From NCBI GenBank assembly GCA_028711115.1, contig JAQTSV010000001.1, positions 70,032 through 134,031 on the forward strand: DNA of 64,000 bases. The letters run 5' to 3'. Below, in pieces: positions 26,819 to 38,202 of the stretch. Numbering within the stretch: the stretch's first letter is position 1; the number at the start of each line of letters is the position of its first letter. A program made the position numbers and the translations under genes. The notes below the pieces were generated by a model. The model saw nothing but the letters and a program-made list of their open reading frames with translations, was not told where the DNA came from and searched no databases. The DNA comes from Candidatus Omnitrophota bacterium (GTDB taxonomy: Bacteria; Omnitrophota; Gorgyraeia; Velamenicoccales; JABMQK01).

Positions 26819-28405
26819 TTATGCTTTTTGTACTCTGGGTATAAACATCCAAACCTGAAAAACCAGCATTAGTATACTATTCACCGCCCAGTACAATACC
26901 AATCCCGACGGCATATGGTAGAATATTACGCCAAAGAATACAGCCATAAACAAACCCATCATCTTTTGTTGCCGCGCAGCTTCTGTGCTGGCTGACTGGC
27001 TCTTTCCGCTGGTTAGCTTTTGCTGTATGAACATAGTAATTATCATTATTATGGGTAAAAGATTTAAGTCACTGCCTATCACAGGGATGGCCTTGGGAAG
27101 CACCGCCAGCCTGTCTGGTTCTGATAGGTCCTTTATCCATAAAAATCCAGCGCCTTTTAATTCTATAAAGCGCATAAGCAATTGGTACAGCGCCACGAAA
27201 ATAGGCATCTGCAGCAATAAAGGCAGACACCCCCCCAGGGGGTTAATCTTCTTTTCCTTATATAGCTCCATAATCTCTTTATGCATCTTTTGCGGGCTGT
27301 CTTTATATTTAACCTTTAATTCCTCTATTAAAGGTTGCAATTCCTGCATCCTCTTCATAGAAGAAAAACTCTTTATGCTCAAAGGCGACATCAGCACAAA
27401 CACAAGCACGCTGAACAAAATGATGGTCAGCCCCCAGTTTTTGCTTACTTTGTGCAGGATTTTAAGGGCGCCTAAGAGAATATGGGATACTGAATCGAAC
27501 ATGCCAAAATTGATTATGTTTTCGGCATTGTCTCCTAGTTTTGCAATAAGATCCGGCTCCTGTGGTCCCAAATAAATCTTATAGGTATGTTTGATTGTCT
27601 GGCCTGGCTGTAACTCAAAAGTTGGCGATTCCAAAATATAGCTTGTGATGTTGTTGTGAGTGTCTTTTGTAAGTTGACCGGCTTCTTGCAATGGTTTTAT
27701 AATAGTGCAAAAATATCTGTCGCGGATGCCTATCCATTGTATTTTTTCATCCACAGTTTTGGGATTGAATCTCAAGAAATTATTTCTTAACGTTTTGTTG
27801 GGCAGCGAGACAGAGAGGTCTATGTATCTTGCATCCATAGAATTCTGCTTCAGAATTTCATCTTTAATAGAGCCTACATTGAAACCATATTTAACATATC
27901 TGTTTGTGTTGGAAGAATTTACGAACTCAACAGTCATCTCGACAATATATTTATCTTTTGTAAAACGATACTCTTTTTTGATGCCCAGCCCGGTATTTTT
28001 ATCGTCATAACTCATTGTTGCGCCATCGGTTAAATCTGACTTGGTAAAATCTTTTTTCTGCCAGTCAATCAAAAGGCCGATGTTTTTCTGAGGCAAAATT
28101 GTATTGTAACTCTTGATATTGCAATTAGTTATGGCTGAACCGCGCAGGTTTATATCCAATCCTAAATCCGCATTCTGCACATTTTTCAGCACTTGTTTTT
28201 CAGTATCTATAGCTGCCACTACTGGTTCGGCCTGGGAGGACGCGACTTCTGCTTTGGTTTCATAAGATACTGAGGTAGCAGGGGATTGTTGGGTTAATTC
28301 TGGCTGTGGTATGGGCTGCTGAGGCATAAAGCGGGGCACAATGCTAGAATATACCATAAGTATAACGATAGAGATAAAAATAGCTAGGAACAGACGTTTT
28401 TCCAT
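26819..28405 (-). CDS. yidC: membrane protein insertase YidC
   Basis: N-terminal TM helix, large periplasmic domain, and a C-terminal 5-TM Oxa1 core (GCLPLLLQMPIFVALY). Confidence 0.95.
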   Translation of the reverse strand: MEKRLFLAIFISIVILMVYSSIVPRFMPQQPIPQPELTQQSPATSVSYETKAEVASSQAEPVVAAIDTEKQVLKNVQNADLGLDINLRGSAITNCNIKSYNTILPQKNIGLLIDWQKKDFTKSDLTDGATMSYDDKNTGLGIKKEYRFTKDKYIVEMTVEFVNSSNTNRYVKYGFNVGSIKDEILKQNSMDARYIDLSVSLPNKTLRNNFLRFNPKTVDEKIQWIGIRDRYFCTIIKPLQEAGQLTKDTHNNITSYILESPTFELQPGQTIKHTYKIYLGPQEPDLIAKLGDNAENIINFGMFDSVSHILLGALKILHKVSKNWGLTIILFSVLVFVLMSPLSIKSFSSMKRMQELQPLIEELKVKYKDSPQKMHKEIMELYKEKKINPLGGCLPLLLQMPIFVALYQLLMRFIELKGAGFLWIKDLSEPDRLAVLPKAIPVIGSDLNLLPIIMIITMFIQQKLTSGKSQSASTEAARQQKMMGLFMAVFFGVIFYHMPSGLVLYWAVNSILMLVFQVWMFIPRVQKA

Positions 28406-28410
28406 ATGAA

Positions 28411-28626
28411 TTATTTAGTAACCGGGTCAAAGCCGCCGCGAGAAAAGGGGTGGCAGCGTATTATCCTGGTGAAGCCTTTGGACATGCCGCGCAAGAGCCC
28501 ATATTGACTGATGGCCTCCTGGCAATACTGGGAACAAGAGGGGTGGAATCTACAATTTCTGCCCAAAAATGGAGATATGTAGATTTGGTACGCTGTAATA
28601 ATTTTGATTACAATCTTACTAATCAC
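28411..28626 (-). CDS. yidD: membrane protein insertion efficiency factor YidD
   Basis: 71 aa. Contains CRFHPSCSQY. Confidence 0.9.
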   Translation of the reverse strand: MISKIVIKIITAYQIYISPFLGRNCRFHPSCSQYCQEAISQYGLLRGMSKGFTRIIRCHPFSRGGFDPVTK

Positions 28627-28645
28627 GTTGTGGTGGATATATCCT

Positions 28646-28783
28646 TTAGATGGTAAGCCGGTGTCTGCCTTTTTGGCGCCTGCGTTTTAACACGAGCCGA
28701 CCTTTCGCCGTGAGCATTCTCCGACGGAAACCATGTTTACGTTTACCTACGATATGCGTGGGTGTATTTATATGTTTTTTCAT
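28646..28783 (-). CDS. rpmH: 50S ribosomal protein L34 (below ORF-track cut-off)
   Basis: Hand translation: [45 protein letters not shown]. Canonical position opposite dnaA. Confidence 0.9.
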   Translation of the reverse strand: MKKHINTPTHIVGKRKHGFRRRMLTAKGRLVLKRRRQKGRHRLTI

Positions 28784-29100
28784 AGTTCAGCAATTATAAC
28801 ATACAAAAGTTGATAGTCAAGCAAAATTGCGCTGCCTACAGCCACAATCGAGAAGCGCAACCGGCTTGCCGGAGTTTTAGTCGGAACTTAACTATCTTAT
28901 AATGCACAAGTTTTTGTTTTATGAAATTTTGCTTGCAAAATAATTCTTCTTTGTTATAATGTGTGAACCTGTAACCAAATTATATTAAAAAATTATTTCC
29001 CGAAAAAAATTTTACAGCGTCAGGTTTTTATTGTATAATCTATATCTGTGGAAAAGCTGTTAATACTGTGGAAATCCCGACAGAACTGGTCAGATAAATC
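28784..29100. other. rpmH-dnaA divergent intergenic region: dnaA promoter region and candidate oriC segment
   Basis: Point of complete gene-strand inversion. Two same-orientation DnaA-box-like 9-mers, TGTGGAAAA (29047-29055) and TGTGGAAAT (29067-29075), lie 20 bp apart. -10-like TATAAT elements occur in gttataatg and tgtataatc. Confidence 0.55.
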
Positions 29101-30435
29101 ATGGACATAACAAAAATTTGGTCTAGCGCGCAAGACGCCATTAAGACGCGTATAGGCGACATTGCTTTCAATACCTGGTTTGGGCCAGTCAAAATAAAAT
29201 CGGATAAAACCAATAACCTTACGCTTGAGCTACCGGATAATTTTTTCAAAGAGTGGTTTACTGATCATTATTTAGAGCTTACCAGCGCCGTGGTAAAGGA
29301 GCTGGCTGGCCAAGACGTGGTCATTGACCTAATCGTCAATCCTGCCATCATCAAAAAAGACCGCAAGGATAAACTGCAGGTATTTGAGTCGCGCATCAAA
29401 GAGCCACGACCCGACGATATCAAACTGAACCCCAAATATACTTTTGAAAATTTTGTAGTAGGGCCGTCCAATCGTTTTACGCATGCGGCGTCTTTGGCCG
29501 TAGCAGAAAGCCCGGCGAAAAACTATAATCCTTTATTTATATACGGCGGGGTGGGGCTGGGTAAGACCCACCTTATGCAGGCCATATGCCATTTTGTGAA
29601 AAAACGTTCGCCGCAGGTAAACATTGCGTATCTTACTTCTGAAAGATTCACCAACGAACTCATCAATGCCATCCAGCATCATTCCATGGAAAATTTCCGC
29701 AAGCAATACCGCAGCATGGATATTTTATTGCTCGATGACATACATTTTATCGCCGGCAAAGAGGCCACGCAGGAAGAATTTTTCCATACATTCAATTCGC
29801 TTTATGATGCACACAAACAAATCATAATTTCCAGCGACAGGCCGCCCAAAGAAATAAACAAGCTGGAAGAAAGGCTGATTTCACGGTTCAGCTGGGGATT
29901 AATTACGGATGTGCAGCCGCCGGATCTAGAAACGCGCATCGCCATTCTTAAAAAGAAGGTGGAAAACGAGAAAACTAAAATTCCCGACGATGTGATCCAT
30001 TTTCTAGCGGAGTCTATCAAGAATAATATCCGGGAATTGGAGGGAGCGCTGGTGCGGCTGGTGGCTTATTCTGTTTTGGAAGGCAAAAATATCAACCTGA
30101 CCCTAGCACGTGATATTTTAAAAGATACGTTGCGCGAAACAGTGAAGAATATCAACATAGACACCATTCAGAAAAAGGTGGCGAATTTTTATAACCTTAA
30201 TGTTAATGACTTCAAGGCCAAAAAACGCAACAAAAACATCGTCATCGCCAGGCAGATCGCCATGTATCTGGCGCGGGAGTTAACCAACTTGTCGCTGCCG
30301 GAAATCGGGCAGAGTTTTGGCGGAAAAGATCACACCACCGTATTACATTCGTACAATAAAATTAAGAATTGTATTGAAACTGATGTAAAATTTAAGGAAT
30401 TATTAAACCGTGTTCTTTTTGAAGTTAAAAATTAA
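29101..30435 (+). CDS. dnaA: chromosomal replication initiator DnaA
   Basis: Walker A GGVGLGKTHL and a C-terminal DNA-binding signature GGKDHTTVLH. Confidence 0.97.
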   Translation: MDITKIWSSAQDAIKTRIGDIAFNTWFGPVKIKSDKTNNLTLELPDNFFKEWFTDHYLELTSAVVKELAGQDVVIDLIVNPAIIKKDRKDKLQVFESRIKEPRPDDIKLNPKYTFENFVVGPSNRFTHAASLAVAESPAKNYNPLFIYGGVGLGKTHLMQAICHFVKKRSPQVNIAYLTSERFTNELINAIQHHSMENFRKQYRSMDILLLDDIHFIAGKEATQEEFFHTFNSLYDAHKQIIISSDRPPKEINKLEERLISRFSWGLITDVQPPDLETRIAILKKKVENEKTKIPDDVIHFLAESIKNNIRELEGALVRLVAYSVLEGKNINLTLARDILKDTLRETVKNINIDTIQKKVANFYNLNVNDFKAKKRNKNIVIARQIAMYLARELTNLSLPEIGQSFGGKDHTTVLHSYNKIKNCIETDVKFKELLNRVLFEVKN

Positions 30436-30582
30436 GCACAGCTTATAAATAACATATCCACAGGTTATTGTTTAAAAAAGGCTTTAATTATTAAGTATTT
30501 ATATAATTTTTCAACAGAAACAAAACCACCTAATACTATTACTATTGTATTTAATTATTATAAGTAATAATGGAGGAATTAT
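30436..30582. other. dnaA-dnaN spacer: AT-rich candidate DNA-unwinding segment with one DnaA box
   Basis: ATATCCACA (30454-30462) matches TTATCCACA at 8 of 9 positions and is followed by about 110 bp of very AT-rich sequence. Confidence 0.45.
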
Positions 30583-31692
30583 ATGAAGGTACAAATTAAA
30601 AAAGAAATACTACAAAAAGGAATTCAAATAGTACAAAACATCATTACACCAAAAAGTATCTTACCAATACTTTCTAATCTGTTGGTTGAGACACAAAAAA
30701 ACAAACTAAAACTAACCTCGACGGACCTAGACATAGGAATATCGGTATTATTAGAGGCGGAAATACAAGAACAGGGCGCGATTACCATACCCGCCAAAAG
30801 ATTAAGCGACATTATAAAAGAGCTCCCTGATGGCGAGGTAGAGGTTGTGGTCAAGAAGAATAATGTTGTGTATATCCGGTTAGGAAGCTGTGAATTCAAG
30901 TTAATGGGGCTGCCCAAAGAGGAATTCCCTAAATTGCCGGAATTTAAGGATAAAGAGGTGATTGAGCTGGATCAGGTGGTGCTAAAAGAAATGTTGCAGT
31001 TAACCTCCTTTGCGATTTCCCATGAAGAAACCCGTTATGTTCTGAATGGTTTATTGTTGGATCTCAAAAAACATCAGCACAAGGAAAAGTTCGTGCTGAA
31101 ATTGGTGGCCACAGATGGCCGGCGCCTGGCGCTTACAGAGAAAGAGCTGGATGTAGCCGCCAACAAGGAAATCAAAATAATTATTCCGCAGAAAACCATT
31201 ACAGAGCTCCAGCGTAATTTAAAAGACGACGGAAAAATATTGATAATTATTACACCTAACCAGGTATTTTTTGAACTGGACCATACTATAATAATTTCCC
31301 GGTTGATAGAAGGAGAATTTCCGGATTATACGCGCGTCATACCTCAGGCCGTGGAGACAAAAATCAAGGCAGACAGGCAGCAGTTGTTGCAGGCTGTGCG
31401 GCGGGCGAGTTTATTGTCCACGCCGGAATCTCTGGCAGTGCGTATGGAATTATCGGCGAACAAACTGGTAATTATAAAAACCACGCCGGAGATAGGCGAG
31501 TCGCGCGAAGAAATTGCCGTGGATTATAAAGGCAAAGATTTAGTTATAGGATTTAATCCGGTGTATCTTATCGACGTATTACGCAGCCTCTCGGGCGCAT
31601 TTGTGGAATTGGAGTTAAGCGAAGCGGAAAAACCCGGCGTCATCCGCACGGAAGAATATCTTTATTTGATTCAGCCCATGCGTTTGGTATAA
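30583..31692 (+). CDS. dnaN: DNA polymerase III beta sliding clamp
   Basis: 369 aa, three-domain clamp architecture, canonical dnaA-dnaN order. Confidence 0.95.
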   Translation: MKVQIKKEILQKGIQIVQNIITPKSILPILSNLLVETQKNKLKLTSTDLDIGISVLLEAEIQEQGAITIPAKRLSDIIKELPDGEVEVVVKKNNVVYIRLGSCEFKLMGLPKEEFPKLPEFKDKEVIELDQVVLKEMLQLTSFAISHEETRYVLNGLLLDLKKHQHKEKFVLKLVATDGRRLALTEKELDVAANKEIKIIIPQKTITELQRNLKDDGKILIIITPNQVFFELDHTIIISRLIEGEFPDYTRVIPQAVETKIKADRQQLLQAVRRASLLSTPESLAVRMELSANKLVIIKTTPEIGESREEIAVDYKGKDLVIGFNPVYLIDVLRSLSGAFVELELSEAEKPGVIRTEEYLYLIQPMRLV

Positions 31693-31695
31693 TAA

Positions 31696-34477
<2,782 letters not shown>

Positions 34478-34715
34478 AAATAAGTTTTGATTTTGCGCCC
34501 AACATACAATCATAACGTTTTTATCCGCCTTCGTTAAAACTTCGGCGAGATTTTTCTGAAACTTTAACAAAGGAGAACTTCGGCGGATGTCACCGATGAA
34601 CAAGCCCAAAGCAAGTCGGCGGATAACCCCGCCTTTTGCATTCTGCAAGAATGTGGCGGGGTAAATAAAGGTACCACGGGTTTGCCCGTGATGTTCCATT
34701 TTAAGCGAGGAGAAG

Positions 34716-37163
34716 ATGTATACACAGAATGAAAGAATAGTCCCCATTGGTATTGAAGAGGAAATGAAGAGTTCTTATATCTCTTACGCCATGAGCGTAA
34801 TTGTAGGCAGGGCATTGCCGGATATAAGAGACGGTCTAAAGCCTGTGCACCGCCGGATACTTTATGCCATGCATGAACTAAATCTCGAGCACAGCAATCC
34901 CTATAAAAAGTCTGCGCGTATCGTCGGTGAGGTTTTGGGTAAATACCATCCGCACGGCGACGTCGCTGTTTATGATGCTTTGGTGAGAATGGTGCAGGAT
35001 TTTTCTTTGCGTTATCCTCTGATAGACGGCCAGGGAAACTTCGGTTCCGTTGATGGCGATGCGCCGGCAGCCATGCGTTATACAGAGGCGCGCCTGGCCC
35101 GCGTCAGCGACGAGATGCTGCGCGATATCGAAAAAGAAACGGTAAATTTCAGCCCCAATTTCGATGCCTCATTAAATGAACCGGTATTACTGCCCGCAGT
35201 GTTGCCAAATTTGCTGGTCAATGGTTCCGGCGGTATTGCCGTGGGTATGGCCACCAATATCCCGCCGCATAATTTATCCGAAGTTATAGACGGCATCGTA
35301 TATTTAATTGATAATCCGGAAGCGCAGACCAAAGACCTGATGCATTATATAAAAGGCCCGGATTTTCCCACCGGCGGAATTATCTGCGGCAGGACAGGAA
35401 TCAAAGAGGCCTTTGATACAGGTAAAGGCAAGATAATGCTGCGCGCCAAGGTGAATATTGAGCATCAGAAGTCCGGCAAAGACTGGATAGTGGTTACGGA
35501 AATTCCTTATCAGGTAAATAAAGCCAATCTCATAGAGACCATTGCCAATTTAGTCACGGACAAAAAGATCGACGGCATTACCGATATCCGCGATGAATCC
35601 GACAAAGACGGTATGCGCATTGTCCTGGAATTGCGCCGTGAAGTCGAACCGCAGATAGTCTTGAACTTCCTGTATAAACATACGCAGCTGGAAGTTACCT
35701 ACGGGATAATCACGCTGGCCCTGGTGAATGGCCGGCCGCGCATATTGAGCCTTAAAGAAGTAATGCAGTATTATATCGAGCACCGCAAAGATATTATCCG
35801 TCGCAGGACACGTTTTGATTTAGACCGCGCCCAGAAACGCGCGCATATTCTGGAAGGATTAAAGATTGCCTTAAAGCATCTAGACCAGATTATAAAGACC
35901 ATCCGTTCCTCTAAAAATGCCGTGGAGGCCAAAGATGCGCTGGTCAAGAAATTTGATTTAAGCCCGGAGCAGGCGCAGGCAATTCTAGAAATGCAATTAC
36001 AGCGGCTAACTGCTTTGGAGCGCGATAAAATAGAAGCCGAATACCTGGATTTGATAAAAAAGATTGAATTATATAAATCCATTTTGGCATCGGAGAAAAA
36101 GATAGAAGGCATTATCAAGGAAGAGCTGGCAGAGCTCAAAAAGAAATACGGCGACGAAAGAAAAACGGAAATCATCGGCGAGGTGGAAGATATCGAAATC
36201 GAGGATTTAATCGCCGAGGAAGATATGGTGGTTACTATAAGCAGCGGCGGTTATATCAAACGTCTTTCTGTGAGCGCCTACCGCAAACAGCGGCGCGGCG
36301 GCAAAGGCGTTACCGCCATGGAGACCAAAGAAGAGGATTTTGTAAAACATCTGTTTGTGGCCTCCACAAAAGATTATCTTTTGATTTTCAGCAACCAGGG
36401 AAGAGTCTACTGGCTTAAGGTTTATGAGATTCCCGCGGCAGGACGCCAGGCAAAAGGCAAGGCCATTGTAAATATTTTGGCTATGGGCCAGGGTGAAGAT
36501 ATAAGTTCTGTTATTGCCGTCAAAGAATTTACCGAAGGCAAATTTCTGGTGATGTGCACAAAACAGGGTTTGGTTAAAAAGACAGACCTCCCGGCATTCA
36601 GCAATCCGCGTAAAGGCGGGATTATCGGCATAACCCTGGAGAAAGACGACGCCCTGATTAACACCGCCTTGACCGACGGAGACCAGGAGATTCTTTTGGC
36701 TGCGCGTTCCGGCAAATCCGTAAGATTTAAGGAGAAACAAGTGCGCGATATGGGCCGCCAGGCAAAAGGCGTGCGCGGAATATCGCTGGCCAAAAAAGAC
36801 GAAGTTATCGGTATGGCCATTGTGTCTACCTCAATGAATAAAAGCCCGACTACTTTATTAACCGTAACCGCCGGCGGTTTTGCCAAGAGGACGTCTCTGG
36901 CAGATTACCGCATACAATCGCGCGGCGGCAAAGGCATTATCAACATAAAGACCACCAAGAAAAACGGCGAGGCCATCGGCGTAATGGTCATAGAGCCGCA
37001 GGATGAAATTATGGTGGTTACGCAAAAAGGAATGATTGTGCGCTGCGCAGTCAAGGATATCCGCCAGACTGGCAGAAACACCCAAGGCGTGCGCCTGATA
37101 AATTTAGATAAAGCCGATGCCGCGGCATCCGTGGCAAGAGTTGTGGCCAAGGACGAAGAATAA
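34716..37163 (+). CDS. gyrA: DNA gyrase subunit A
   Basis: Active-site region [16 protein letters not shown], and C-terminal beta-pinwheel repeats. Confidence 0.97.
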   Translation: MYTQNERIVPIGIEEEMKSSYISYAMSVIVGRALPDIRDGLKPVHRRILYAMHELNLEHSNPYKKSARIVGEVLGKYHPHGDVAVYDALVRMVQDFSLRYPLIDGQGNFGSVDGDAPAAMRYTEARLARVSDEMLRDIEKETVNFSPNFDASLNEPVLLPAVLPNLLVNGSGGIAVGMATNIPPHNLSEVIDGIVYLIDNPEAQTKDLMHYIKGPDFPTGGIICGRTGIKEAFDTGKGKIMLRAKVNIEHQKSGKDWIVVTEIPYQVNKANLIETIANLVTDKKIDGITDIRDESDKDGMRIVLELRREVEPQIVLNFLYKHTQLEVTYGIITLALVNGRPRILSLKEVMQYYIEHRKDIIRRRTRFDLDRAQKRAHILEGLKIALKHLDQIIKTIRSSKNAVEAKDALVKKFDLSPEQAQAILEMQLQRLTALERDKIEAEYLDLIKKIELYKSILASEKKIEGIIKEELAELKKKYGDERKTEIIGEVEDIEIEDLIAEEDMVVTISSGGYIKRLSVSAYRKQRRGGKGVTAMETKEEDFVKHLFVASTKDYLLIFSNQGRVYWLKVYEIPAAGRQAKGKAIVNILAMGQGEDISSVIAVKEFTEGKFLVMCTKQGLVKKTDLPAFSNPRKGGIIGITLEKDDALINTALTDGDQEILLAARSGKSVRFKEKQVRDMGRQAKGVRGISLAKKDEVIGMAIVSTSMNKSPTTLLTVTAGGFAKRTSLADYRIQSRGGKGIINIKTTKKNGEAIGVMVIEPQDEIMVVTQKGMIVRCAVKDIRQTGRNTQGVRLINLDKADAAASVARVVAKDEE

Positions 37164-37173
37164 ATTTGCATAA

Positions 37174-37288
37174 GCCCCCATCGTCTAGCCTGGTCTAGGA
37201 CACGAGCTTTTTCCCGCCGTCGTCCCGCCGCAGGCGGGACTTTGGCGGGATCCCGCAAAGCACGAAGTGCGCATGCGGGACAAGCTTG
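37174..37288 (+). pseudogene. interrupted partial copy of tRNA-Glu (5' 38 nt + 69-nt insert + 8 nt of anticodon loop/stem)
   Basis: 37173-37211 is identical (39/39) to 37536-37574 of the intact tRNA-Glu. After the insert, CAAGCTTG (37281-37288) continues the tRNA sequence. No variable loop, T-arm or acceptor 3' strand follows. Confidence 0.85.
37212..37280 (+). repeat. GC-rich double-hairpin element X1 (inserted in anticodon loop of the partial tRNA-Glu copy)
   Basis: Layout: TCCCGCC-GTCG-[TCCCGCC GCA GGCGGGA]-CTTT-GGCGGGA-[TCCCGC..18 nt..GCGGGA]. Termini TCCCGC / GCGGGA are inverted repeats. Confidence 0.8.
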
Positions 37289-37294
37289 AGATAA

Positions 37295-37561
37295 ATGTAT
37301 TACGTATATGTTTTGAAAAATAATGAAGGTAAGCATTATATAGGTAGTTGCGTAGATTTAGAAACGAGATTAAAAAAACACAATCAGAATAGCGTTAGGT
37401 CCACAAAGCACAAAGGTCCTTTTAAAGTAGTTCATAAAGAAAAATTTGATAGCAGGACTGAAGCGCGGCAGCGAGAGAATCAGCTCAAGAACTATAAAGG
37501 CGGCAGAGCATTTAGGAAACTTATAGAAGAGTTGCAGCCCCCATCGTCTAGCCTGGTCTAG
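37295..37561 (+). CDS. small GIY-YIG (URI-domain) nuclease family protein
   Basis: 88 aa. MYYVYVLKNNEGKHYIGSCVDLETRLKKHN...EARQRENQLKNYKGG carries the GIY/YIG motifs and the conserved Arg/Glu/Asn pattern of COG2827-type proteins. The last 8 codons and the TAG stop lie inside tRNA-Glu. Confidence 0.85.
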   Translation: MYYVYVLKNNEGKHYIGSCVDLETRLKKHNQNSVRSTKHKGPFKVVHKEKFDSRTEARQRENQLKNYKGGRAFRKLIEELQPPSSSLV

Positions 37562-37611
37562 GACACGAGCTTTTCAAGCTTGCGACACCGGTTCGAATCC
37601 GGTTGGGGGCG
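37537..37611 (+). tRNA. tRNA-Glu (anticodon TTC), intact
   Basis: GCCCCCA-TC-GTC..GAC-A-CGAGC-TTTTCAA-GCTTG-CGAC-ACCGG-TTCGAAT-CCGGT-TGGGGGC-G. No encoded CCA. Confidence 0.92.
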
Positions 37612-37617
37612 AAATGT

Positions 37618-37721
37618 AACGGTTCTCCCGCATGTGTCCGCCACTACTACAATGGCGGACTTTTGCGGGATCTCGCCACCTGTAGTTCTAATTATTGTGG
37701 CGGGAGAATCCGGTTGGGGCG
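37618..37721 (+). repeat. second T-arm/acceptor-3'-strand copy of tRNA-Glu, split in the T-loop by element X2 (37626-37705)
   Basis: AACGGTTC | X2 | GAATCCGGTTGGGGCG compares with tRNA CACCGGTTCGAATCCGGTTGGGGGCG. X2 layout: TCCCGCA-TGTG-[TCCGCC..11 nt..GGCGGA]-CTTT-TGCGGGA-[TCTCGCCAC..17 nt..GTGGCGGGA]. Its layout is homologous to X1. Confidence 0.8.
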
Positions 37722-37742
37722 TTTTTAATTTAAGGAGGGATT

Positions 37743-38144
37743 ATGCAGGAACGCAGAAAATATCCCCGTTTTGATGTGGCGGCCAGGGTTGATTTCAAAA
37801 AGATAAACCAGAACAACAATTCCCAGGGTGCGTTTGTAAAAAATGTCAGCGCCGAAGGTTTTTGCTTTGCCTGCCAGGAGGCGTTTAGTCCCGGCGATGT
37901 ATTAGAGGTCAACATAATAGAGAAGAGTATTGACAGCGAGCCCATCTGCGTCAAGGGCGAGGTGGTCTGGTCTTACAAAGACCCGGCAGCCAAAGACAGC
38001 AAAGAAAAGTATTCTTTCCTTATAGGAATAAAAGTTTTAGGTATCCGCAAAACCGACGAGGCGAGGTTCGTTATGCTGTATTGCGAAAGAATGCTTGCCG
38101 AGTTAAAGAGTTTTTTACGCATATCGCACAACCCCATCGCCTAA
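37743..38144 (+). CDS. PilZ domain protein
   Basis: QERRKYPRFDV (RxxxR) and VKNVSAEGFCF (DxSxxG-like). 133 aa. AGGAGGG RBS upstream. Confidence 0.8.
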   Translation: MQERRKYPRFDVAARVDFKKINQNNNSQGAFVKNVSAEGFCFACQEAFSPGDVLEVNIIEKSIDSEPICVKGEVVWSYKDPAAKDSKEKYSFLIGIKVLGIRKTDEARFVMLYCERMLAELKSFLRISHNPIA

Positions 38145-38202
38145 TCCGGCGAATACCCGTTAATAATATATTTTACGAGGAGAAAACACCGGAAATAATT
38201 AT

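Noticed and set aside
37174-37611. Group I intron with a GIY-YIG homing endonuclease inside tRNA-Glu. This would need exon 1 = 37174-37211 and exon 2 = 37575-37611.
   Set aside because: The putative intron would end with a complete copy of exon 1, and an uninterrupted functional tRNA already exists. No P/Q/R/S core elements were recognisable, and the non-ORF part is too short. Kept only as something to exclude with Rfam intron models.
37580-37774. 64-aa plus-strand ORF downstream of tRNA-Glu
   Set aside because: It starts inside the tRNA and reads through the X2 hairpin element and the RBS of the PilZ gene, so it is an artefact of GC-rich repeat sequence.
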